From Nemertoderma westbladi (Eukaryota > Animalia > Xenacoelomorpha), in the NCBI GenBank assembly GCA_032718475.1, contig JAUCBJ010002424.1, positions 1 through 49,333 of the forward strand: a DNA stretch of 49,333 nucleotides, given 5' to 3'. The first letter of the stretch is position 1. Each line of letters starts with the position of its first letter. A model generated the notes under the pieces. That model was given only the letters and a program-made list of their open reading frames with translations. It was not told the DNA's origin and made no database searches. A program made the position numbers and the translations under genes. This document shows positions 34,131-45,065 of the stretch, one piece after another.

Positions 34131-34944
34131 ATGCAGTAGGTGGCTAGGAGGGCTGAGTTGGTGAATGCTTGCATTCGGAGTTAGGCAATCTACCAAGTTT
34201 GCAAAATTTTATCAATGTTCATGATCATGAATTTAAGTAATTGTAGTGTTAAAAGACGCCCAAGACGCTCCGCTTTCAATTGATATAAGCCACATGTGAA
34301 ATGATTGAGATTAAATGTGTATTTGAATGGATCTAAAATCACCCTCCATAGAAACCTATATAAGAATTTATCTGAGAACTGCGTGACGTATGCAGCAGCC
34401 AATCACAGCCGATTTTCAAAATTTGCTTCCCGGGCTTACTTCAACCCGCCAATTCGACCGTTTCCACGTGTTTTTACAAAAATCCCCCTCGCCACTCGAT
34501 TTAGGGCACCTTGTTACCCCTTATTCGATTGTTTCTAGCCCAACAATTTTTTCGCGCACCAACCCTATTGTTAAAATTATATTTGTTTTAATAATTATTA
34601 TATTTGTATGATACCGACACATTTGAAAAGTAAAAAAATTAGACAAGCAAAATGTCATCTACTGAAGTATATTTCATCTAATAAAAAAGCAAACCTTGTT
34701 TGACTATAATTCATAAAAAAAATGTAGCAATAATTAATGATAGCTACCTAAATTATCTGCGATAATTTAATGATAATATTTCCCCCCTGTAAATTTAAAG
34801 TTTATTTACCACTACTGCGCCATAGGGGGGTAATTAGGTAAATTTTTAACTATGCCGAAAGTTTTATTAGTAGAGCAGTTGTGAAACTACACGTTCCCGC
34901 ATGGTATCGAAACGTGACATTTATATTGGTGTCATTCATTCTAT

Positions 34945-35045
34945 AAATCAATCAACTCAACAAATCAATCAACCCAATTAATCAATCAACCCAATTAATC
35001 AATCAACCCAATCAATCTATCAACCCAATCAATCAATCATTCATT
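34945..35045. repeat. (AATC)n-derived microsatellite
   Basis: aatcaatcaacccaatt repeats. Confidence 0.85.
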
Positions 35046-36621
35046 TAGTTCTCAATGGCTTTCTAACGTGTTCTTTTCCACGCTGTGTTATTTTTGGGAC
35101 CTGATTATATCTTGGTTTTTATTTCGGTTAATATTTGCCAGTTTTATTATTTTGAAACTATTTCTTTTGTTGTCACGATTTTAATTATGTATCCGGAACG
35201 TTGTTTATTCAGAACTACATTGAAAAAATTAATAATCAACAAAATCTGAATGCTATTTTACTGTATTCTGAATGTTATCAGAATGTAAGTAATGTACTAT
35301 TTTAAAAAAATGTGTTATAGTTTACAATTAACAGTTAGGCGCAATGTGATGTCTCAGTATCCTATTGTACGGCTTTGGAACCAGAAGTAAGAAATGTATC
35401 TAAAACTCCAATTAATAATGATAATAAATTAATTTATTTTGTTGTATAATCACGTTTTCTACCATATATCATTCACTATGTATGTATGTATGTTCTATAA
35501 TATGTCGAAATGTTTGTAAATTTAAAATGTTATCAAGAAGTTCAATTCTATTATTGAAGGATGACTTTCATTTTATAATAATAATATCGATTTATTGGGA
35601 TTCCCTTATTGGTAGTAACGCCAGTATTACCAAGTAGCAGACGGAACTGGAACTGTTGCAATATTAATACATTTATTAACAACGAGCCAGGCCAGGGCGT
35701 AAGTCGTTGTGGGTATAAACTTATTTATTGCATGGAAGTGAAATAAAATAGCTTTATATCCCTTGTAACTCATTGATGTGTAATCTCGCAAGTTCATTTG
35801 CCAAATTCTACATCTTGGGTCGTTAAACAATAATTTTATTTCCATGATATTTTTAACTACAAATTTCTCATCATGTTTTTCACGTTATGCGTTTCGAAAT
35901 GTTACAATAATTGTGGAATGTAATTGAATACAAACTTGCTGCTGGAACTAACTGTAGGGTTGTTAGTGAAAACACGGGCGAAATCGCATAAACGTCCGCG
36001 TCTGATAACTCATGAACTGTCTCCTCCTTGAATGGCTCACTATCAACCTGAATCATGTTTTCAAATTTTAATTAAACCAATTTTTTATTAAACCAAAATA
36101 TTTCCTTCGAAAAAACATATCTCACCTCATCTCGAATTCCATGTCCAATGATCTACCAAGTTAGCAAAAGCGTCATGTACTGTACTAAGTCAGAAAAAGA
36201 GCCATTATGTGCCAAGTGCGCGAGAGCAAAGTGGACACCCAAAGTGGAGTGTTTAACAACAACAAGGACTTCTCGCTAGAAAGGTCTCGCTACTCGGACC
36301 TAATACAGTAATACCACGAGAATCAGTATCGTACCACTATCTCAATTCCACGAAACGAACCGAATCCGGAGTGGTACTGTTAGCGGTAATTGTATAGCCG
36401 TTATTGGCCTAGATGAATTATTAATAATTATTATGTAATACTTGCGTCGACGTCAAGTTATAGTCAATTTCTATGTTGAATTTCAATGTGAAGTTATGCT
36501 AGCAATAATTTAATTATTTTGGCCTATCGGCATGTTGTAAATCAAAAAGTTATTAGTTTTAAACAAAATCGCAATGTTTCAACTTTGGAATAAATAAAGT
36601 AAATGACAATAAAATAGGCCT

Positions 36622-37522
36622 ATATACACAATAACCCTTAATACAAGAACCATTTTTAGGGGGTCGGAGACCCCACCCCCCTATTTTTTTTCAAATTTCA
36701 ATAAAATGCTAAGAAATTTGGTATGATGATAGATCGACACCTTTTCTTACTGGTGGCCTGGCCGGATTTTTTAATTTATGAGCTATTTCGATACAACAGG
36801 CCGTTAAAAATCGTCTATTTCGCAATATTTAGCCACCTCCGTCGGCATTATTTTTCGTCTTTGGAATGAGATCTAGATATCATTAGATCCACCTTCATCT
36901 GCAGATTCCGATTCCGAATCTGAAACTCGTTGTAAATTTCACAAAGAACTTCCGTAGATATTATCCAAATACTAAGGTGTAAATTTTGTCACGTAAATCG
37001 CTATAATTCTAATGTTTTTTTTACTAAATTCTAGAATATTAATTATGGGTGATGAAAAAACAAGATGGAGAGTTTTAAACGCTCAGCTTAATAATAACTA
37101 ATATTCTAGAATAAAGACAACAAAACATCAGAATTGTAGCGATTTACGTTTCTAAATTTACACATTAGTATTTTGATAATATCTTAACCAATTTTTGGTT
37201 AAACTTAAAATGGTTTTCAGATTTGGAATCTACAGACGAAGGCGCTTCGAATGATATCTAGATTACATTTCAAAGACGTAAAATAAAGTCTACGGAGGTC
37301 GTTAAACATTGCTAAATAGACATTTTTTAAGGACTTGTATGGAAATAACTGAGAAATTGGAAAATCCGGCCAGGCCACCACTAAAGAAAAGGTGTCGATC
37401 TATCATCATACCAAATTTCGTAGCATTTTATTGCAATTTGAAAAAAATTATGGGGGGGGGGGGGGGGGGGGGGCTCCGACTCCCCTAAAAATGGTTGTTG
37501 TATTAAGGGTTATAGTGTATAT
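36622..37522. mobile_element. ~900-bp foldback (whole-length palindromic) MITE
   Basis: atatacacaataacccttaatacaagaaccatttttagggg... versus ...cccctaaaaatggttgttgtattaagggttatagtgtatat. The arms remain complementary to the centre near 37070, with TA at the ends. Confidence 0.88.
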
Positions 37523-38009
37523 TTATGTTTTTAATTAATAAACACATTAAATGAATATTTAGACCACGACTATGTGACACGACGTGTAATCATTATATGT
37601 TCTAGAACTTGGATTTAGTTATACTATTTTGCTGTTCTCTTTCTGTGACTGTTTTTCCTGTACACCCGTGAGTGTTTTTTCATTAGCTAAATTTCCAGGC
37701 GGAATCATATGGTTGGGTAATTCAGAAGTAAGCTCAACTCCCTCAAATTTCATATCCGTGATATACATGGCAAGCGAGAAGTCTTCCTGTGTCCAAAAAC
37801 AATTAATATGTTTCAGTTAAATAGTAAGTAATATTATCCGAATAAGAAGTACTTTTTCACTAATATAAATTGACTGAAATGAAACTAAAATAATCGTATA
37901 ATTGTGTTAACACACCTTATTTAGGAAGTTATCTTTATCATAATCAGCTAACTTCCATAAACCATGTCCTGGAATACACCATGACCCGTAATACAGTGTC
38001 ATTTTCTGC

Positions 38010-38910
38010 TGACACGGACCCCCCCCCCCCCCCCCCCCCAAATTTTTCTTCAAATCTTTATCATATTGCTTGAAATTTGAAACACAACTACTGTAGTTCA
38101 ACTCACCGTGGTTGTTACCATGAAGCCGGAATTTTCTATTTCGCCTTTAAATTTTATTTATAAGCGTTTTAAAAAAGTGTCTTTTGCTAAATCGCACCCT
38201 CTGTATCATTGCCATTCTTCACATTAGTCGTAATTTTTTCACATCAATAGAAAGCTTGCGTTGAAAGGATTCCAAATATCTAGCAATAACTGAATTTCAT
38301 TGAGAAACAGCTGAGAAATAGGCGTTCAAAGATTGCAAGAATTATTGTTCGCTGCAAGCCATTTATTCTATTTAATAAATACACAAAATTCTAGAACGTG
38401 TTATTTATTTTATGAGTTGGTTGGCAATAGCGGTATGCCTATACAATATCTATATTGCGTAGCTAATCATACATAAACATGTGACAATATCCTAATTTTT
38501 TATTAAAAATAAAAAAAAAATCATACATAAACAAAATGTTCCAGAATATTGTGTATTTATTAAATAGAATAAATGGCCTGCAGTGAACAATAACTCTTGC
38601 AATCTTTGAACGCATATCTCAGCTGTTTCTCAACGAAATTTAGACATTGTTACATATTTGGAATCCTTGCAACGCAAGCTTTCTATTGATGTGAAAAAAT
38701 TACGACTAAAGTGAAGAATGGCAATGATACAGAGGGTGCGATTTCGCAAAAGACACTTTTTTAAAACGCTTATAAATAAAATTTAAAGGCGAAATAGAAA
38801 ATTCCGGTTTCATGGTAACAACCACGGTGAGTTGAACTAGTTGTGTTTCAAATTTCAAGCAATATGATAAAGATTTTAAGAAAAATTTGGGGGGGGGGGG
38901 ATCCGTGTCA
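38010..38910. mobile_element. ~900-bp foldback MITE with highly similar arms
   Basis: tgacacgga-polyC-aaatttttcttcaaatctttatcatattgcttgaaatttgaaacacaac... versus ...gttgtgtttcaaatttcaagcaatatgataaagattttaagaaaaattt-polyG-atccgtgtca. Confidence 0.9.
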
Positions 38911-38912
38911 TC

Positions 38913-38913
<1 letters not shown>

Positions 38914-38943
<30 letters not shown>

Positions 38944-39790
38944 ATAAAAATGTTTCTACAAAACGCAATGAGATTGCATGAAATTTGAAACAGAGTTAGT
39001 TTCATCTCCCTCCTCCTCCGTGGGTGAACCAGACTTTTTATTTTCGCTTTCAATCTTTAGCTACAAGTGTTTAAAAAAAAGGTGTCGATATTGTACTGTA
39101 CCACCAGTCGTACTGCAGTTATTCTTCAACATTATAGTGATGTTGGTACTAGTGGAAAGCTGGCCGATTTCAAATATGTAAAAATATTTGAATTTGGTTG
39201 GGAAACAACTGAGATATGGGTATTCGAATTGCATGTATATTCTTCCGCTGTTTTTTCTATATAATAATTAAACAATGTTCTAGGATATTTTGCTTATGTA
39301 GGAATATCCAATGGATTTTCCATATCCATATACTAGTATTATCATGTAGGCATTGCATTGTTGCCAAGCTACTTATGAGATAAACTAAATGTTCCAGAAT
39401 GTTATGCATTTATTAAATGCAGCCGAAGCAAATACATGCAACTTTCGAATGCCCATATCTGAACTATTTCTCAACCAAATTCAAATATTTTTATATATTT
39501 GGAATCCTTGTACGGTCAGCTTTCTACTAGTACCAAATCACTATGATGTTGAAGAATAATTGCAGTACGACTGGTGCAATATCGACGGAGACCCTTTTTT
39601 TAAACGCTTGTACCTAAAGAACGAACGCAAAAATAAAAATTCTGGCTCACCCACTAAGGAGGAGTGAGGTGAAACTATCTCTGTTTCAAATTTCATGCAA
39701 TCTCATTAAGATTTGTAGAAAAATGTAGGGCGGGGGGGGGGGGGGGTGCGTGGGGGAGGGGGCATATACCTGAGAAACGACCCTATATAC
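38914..39790. mobile_element. ~850-bp foldback MITE, related to and directly abutting the previous one
   Basis: aatgagattgcatgaaatttgaaacagag... versus ...ctctgtttcaaatttcatgcaatctcatt, with poly-C/poly-G subtermini. Confidence 0.85.
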
Positions 39791-40024
39791 CGGGGCATGG
39801 TGTATGCGAGATAGAACAGATCCTGGCAGCTTCGACTTTATTAACTCTGTCCGAGCAACACAACCTGAATTATTAAAGTAGAAGCTTGAAAATCCAATAA
39901 TAAATTGTATTGTATTGTATTTTATTTATTAATCAAGCACGTTAAGTAAAAACCTTACCGGTAGGTATGTCAGTGCCAAAGTATGTAAAAAAACTAAAAA
40001 GCAACAAGACCTAGACGTTGCATG

Positions 40025-40319
40025 CAATCAGTCATCAGCTGACGGCAGCCAGCTGATCGGTAGGTTTCGCCCCTCAACTGAAGGCATTCTCAGGAGGCCA
40101 AGCCAGGAAATTGAGAGAGAGATTCCCAAAGGGAGACGGAACAGGTAACGAAATGAAGATCTGTCTGTAGGCCTACTGTAACTAACCACTAACCACTTTC
40201 GTTACCTGTTCCGTCCCACTTTGGGAATCTCTCTCTACATTCCCTGGCTTGGTCTCCTGAGATTGCCTTCAGTTGCGGGGCGAAACCTCAGCTGGCTGCC
40301 GTCAGCTGATCAGTGATTG
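40025..40319. mobile_element. ~295-bp hairpin element
   Basis: atcagctgacggcagccagctga...ggaacaggtaacgaaa versus tttcgttacctgttcc...tcagctggctgccgtcagctgat. Confidence 0.88.
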
Positions 40320-40469
40320 TGACAGGATCCAGGAGTTGGCAGTCTGAACCCCGACCGGTGTGTTGTTTGGGCTATACGCGTCGCCGCGTCCGTAGGCTGC
40401 TGAAAGGCTGATGTCTGAATATTAAGGCCGAAGGCCGTTTGAATAACTGAGTTTTTAGTGCCATGTTGT

Positions 40470-40920
40470 TGTAATGTCAGATCGCAATAATAGCACAGTC
40501 AGAATATAATAGCACGGTAATGACGACGGTTAAAAACCGTTCCGGTCTCACAACTCTACAGATACCAACTGAATCAGAATCAATAAATACAACGGTTATA
40601 TCACTAACACATATTAGTTGCTCCTACTGTTCTAAGCGGCCTGGCCAATGGATGCGTTCCAATCACCTGTTTTCCCCTCCCATCATTGGCTAACCTTATT
40701 CCATCTCGCCACTCCCTGTTGCCACTGTCCCCAATTGCAAGCCCCTTTGTCCCCTGAGATGGCTTATGGCCTCTCAACTCTATACGTGGCTGGCAGTGTG
40801 TGTTGCCTGAGTTGGTTATTAGGTGGCATTATATTAGTAATGTCACCTTCCCAACTATAATTGGTAAAAAGCCACTTCGCCCATTTTCCGCTGGGTAGTG
40901 CAGGGAATTGAATCCTTACA
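40470..40920 (-). repeat. Probable 3' LTR (451 bp, TGTAA...TTACA)
   Basis: On the minus strand it starts TGTAAGG directly after the purine tract GGGGGGGGGAG (40931-40921) and ends GACATTACA. The partner LTR is not in the window. Confidence 0.7.
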
Positions 40921-41896
40921 CTCCCCCCCCCATGCTATCTTCCCGGTGAGAAGATAGCATCAACCTCAAGTGCGCTTCAATTCCGCTGGAACCCAATCTA
41001 TATTTGGATGTGGGGTGGAATTTTCTTCTCGGGGTCAGCTTTCCAGGCTGGCCCCCCTGGGTCTGTTTTCACTACCCATCCTCGGTAGATCTGCGAGCTA
41101 AGCTGTACCAAGGCATCTGGCGTCTCTGTTTTAGACGACCGCCCTCACTCCTCACACAATTTTATCTTTCGGACTTTGTTGTCCCTTCCTCTCTCACTAG
41201 TCCCTTAGGACTCATCCCCCTCCATGCTCGCTCCCCATGCTTGAGCCTCGCACCCTTTTACTTCCACATACCCTAACACCTCCTCCCCATACTCCTCCCA
41301 TACTCAAACCATCTTCGCTGTCACTCTTCCCACTCTTATCGGGTCTCACGCAAGTGTGCACCATGTCAGTGAGATCCGTCATTGTCCCATTCTCTTGTTT
41401 TTTGTCAGTTAATCCCCAGTCCCAGTAGCTAATTGGAAAAGGTTATATCTAACTATAGTACGTATATTATACTTTCTCTAATATTGATTGATTACCTACT
41501 TACATACAAATTGTACTTGGTTAATTACACTTAGGAATTATTGTACTGGTTTGTCCATGCGGTGCCTTCCAGGCACATTGACATCGCCTGTAATCGGCTC
41601 CTAGAGTTCTATATTGCTCCTCCCATACCCTGCGGGAACCATCTAAGTTCCTTACCCCTATCGTCGTTCTGCCTGTGTCACTTCCTCCCTTCCTGTTTAC
41701 CCTTGAGGCTACTCATCCTCGCTGATACCGTCTTACCAAGCCCCGTTGTTGGTTCTTTGGGCACGGGTGTTATTAACTCACGGTATCGCTTTGCAAGGTG
41801 GTCCCACTGAGTGTCCCTCCTGTTTCCCCCTGGTAGCATCCCACAAGATCATTTTCATCGCACGCGGCACGTGTTCCGCCAGAAAATCCCTGAATT

Positions 41897-44107
41897 CTAT
41901 CCTATTTTCTGGTGACCATCTATCCAGATATCTTTGGGTGTTGATGTCCCCTCCGTATGATGCCGCTGTCGCTGTAGATTAATGTTGAAGAAGCCCCACC
42001 AGAACTCCTGGGCCTTCATCTTTTGCTGTGTCATGACTCCGACGTCGGCCCACTCCTCGAAAATGCGAAACTTCTCCTCGTCCTCGATCCAGACACACTG
42101 GCGCTCAAAGTGCCCCCTAAACTTGCACTTCAAACACCTGTGGTGCAACCTTGGGCACGCGCCCATCCTGTGCGTAGACTCGCGGCAGTAAAGACATGCC
42201 GTCCCCTTCTGGTAACGGTATAGACAGTTCTTTTGCTGATGGGTTAGTCTCCCACAGTAATCGCAACCGTCTATCAGTGTCTCTCGCCCTAAGTCGTCCT
42301 TGGCTCCACGTAGCCTCCTGGGTCTGTGGAGCCGCTGGTAGGTAAACATCTCGACGTTGTCCTCCTTACCCATATCGATGTCCTCCTCCTCCCTCGGCAT
42401 CGTTTCTCCAAACACTACCCGTGGTGCCACTGCCGGTTGCTCGCCCAGTCGGATCGTGTTCGCCGCAAAATCCATATCCGGCTCCCCGTGCTCCCAGGTC
42501 CGTTTGCCGGGTGCGTCCCAGAAGGCTCTCGCCCTGCTGGCTGTCACCACTCTCCCATCCACACAGTCCGTGTCCGAGTGGCTGATCCTCTCTATCGGTG
42601 GCATCACCCCGAACTCGTCCCCCTCCTCATTCCCTGCTGGGAGCGGATCCAAACCCGGGATCCCGGTTGATCCACTGTGTCCCTTTCCGGCCTGGTATTC
42701 ACCCATGGCCTTCCACTCATCTACCTCCCTCAGTCTCTTCCTTCCGAAGTCGCCCTCAGACCCCGCAGGCATCGGCATTCCTTGCAGACCCGATGTAGAC
42801 TGTATCGGTGTCTCTTCCATCCAACCCAGTTCGTCCCCCAGCCGAAACTCGCCCGAGGTCTCCGATCCCCACCTCAACTCGTCCAAGTCTTCGGCTTCGA
42901 ACTCGTACTCCCATCCCCTTATATCTGCCTCTCTGCCCGCTGCCTCCCTTCTCTCTCTCCTGGCGACTTCCTCTAGTCTCCTCTCCTCAACTCTATCCGC
43001 CTCCTGTTTCTCCCATTGCTTGTACGGTGTGTCTACCTCTCTGTCCACCAGGTTTCGGGTATTGTAATATACCGACTCGCCCTTCAGCCCTGGGTGGTCT
43101 ACAAGACCTTCTAGGGCCACTTTAAAGGCTCTCCTGTGGCTCAGAGGTGATCCCGATAGTAGAAACGCCATCGGTTGAAGGTTTAAAACATGAATAGGTT
43201 TAGAAAACCTATCATTATCCAGTCCTCATGTAGGATATATCTCTTCTGATATATCCTTATTGCTCCCTTCCGGAAGTGATATAGCTCCTCCTTCCCTGGT
43301 CTCGCTCCCCATTTGAGTGAGTTTGCAAGTTCCGCTCCGTATTCCTCCCGGAACTTGTTCCACTCCATCGGTTTGTGGCAGACGAGTCCCACCAGTTGGC
43401 CCATCGCCACGGCTCTGTAATGTCCCGTGTTGTCCACCAATCCCAATCTGTCTGGTTTCGTCATAGCCATGTAGACTACCTGCATGTCCAGAGATTCGGG
43501 GTGCTCGTTCCAATAATTCTGTCCGCGTCGTCGCGTATTGCCGATCCCACCTTGACCGTAGACTTCAACCTCACTAGCTCCTGCACCGCGCTCGTCAACC
43601 GGTTTAACTTTGGCCCACTCCTCTTCCCGTATGTCCCTAGGATGAATAGAAAGATATCTCCATTCAGCGCCGCTAAGTGCAGCAATATGGTTCTAGCCGA
43701 TCCTCCCGACCGTCATCCTTCACAGTCCCTTCGTCGTGTATTCACCATGTATCCACCCCTCTCCACGGATTCTACAAACCTCCTCCACTCTTTCTTCGGT
43801 GGTTCCCTTGGAACCTAGCCTCATCCCCCTTTACAACGTAGTGAAGATGCTCGTCGATCGCGTTGTCCAATGACGGAGTCCCATAGGTCCCGACCAGTCG
43901 TCGCTCGTGCATCTCCCTAAACTGATCCTGTAGATGTGGCTTTGTGGATGACGCTTTGTGGCCCTTCAGGAGTCGTTTGTAGTATCCCTTCGTCTTGTTC
44001 TCCGGATGCCTCAGCGTGAAATCCACTAGTAAGTCCTTTCCGCTCTTCTCCGATTTCCTCTTCTTCACTAGTTTCTCCCCCATCACGAATCCACTCACTC
44101 TCACCAA
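41897..44107 (-). pseudogene. Frameshifted accessory ORF (track pieces 43772-44107, 43476-43685, 43183-43485, 41897-43171) ending in three CCHC zinc knuckles
   Basis: Abutting same-strand ORFs. CDYCGRLTHQQKNC, CLYCRESTHRMGAC and CLKCKFRGHFERQC all fit C-x2-C-x4-H-x4-C. Confidence 0.7.
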
Positions 44108-44597
44108 GCTGGTGGGGCCTTAGAAAGGCTCAGTTAGGTAAGAAGGTTACTAAATAAGATCTTATTAGATTTGATTAGCGATGACTTACCTCCTATCTGC
44201 TCCTTTTGCTACCTTTTAGTACAAATATTCCCCTATGTGTCAATTTTTGCTCCTAATTTACAATTTTGTCTGTTGCTTTTATTAATGATTCTAGAATTTT
44301 TCTTCCCAGTTGCTGTAATTTTATTATTTTGTTATTATTTATATTCTCCCCCGTATGTGCTATTATTCTATCTGCTACTTGATTACTACGTAAGTATTCT
44401 ATACCTACTTGTATACAGAGAAGACTAGCACAGTTTTCCTATTGTCGTACTAGCTTCTTACCAGACAGTCTCCTGGCTCTGTAACAATACCCTAAGTCTG
44501 TACTATGGGCGATGCGCTATAGTAGCCAAGTTTCGTCGTTTGATGGGCACATTGTGCCCATCAGACGTACACAATGTGTACCCCTCATAATCCTCAC

Positions 44598-44790
44598 TAT
44601 GGTACTGTGTACCCTTCTACTACAGTATGCATACATACCCCCCCTCAACTCCTCACGTGGCGCCGTCAGTGCCCACAATAGTACGAATTACATATTTATG
44701 GTACTATGTACCCTTCTACTACGGTATGCATACATACCCCCCCCCCCCCCTCAACCCCTCACATGGCGCCCTCAGTGCCCACAATAGTAC
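44598..44790. repeat. Two-copy ~90-bp tandem duplication
   Basis: tatggtact.tgtacccttctactac.gtatgcatacata-polyC...cagtgcccacaatagtac at 44598 and 44697. Confidence 0.85.
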
Positions 44791-45065
44791 TGGTGGTGCG
44801 TATGTAAATTAGGTACATTGGTACATTTGTACCAATCTGACATACGTAATTATAACTACCTACACCTAAATATTATGTACATTGGTATGTCCGTACACAT
44901 CAGATGTACATAATGTCTCCCTACAGCGTGCCCTGGTACTAGTGTTTTACTACATATTTTATTTATATTTATTTATTTTATATATTTTTTGTTTAGTGTG
45001 TGGGAAGGGCGTCTCACCCTCATTCCCACCCCCCTCAGTCCAATATATTGGACGACTCAACTAGT

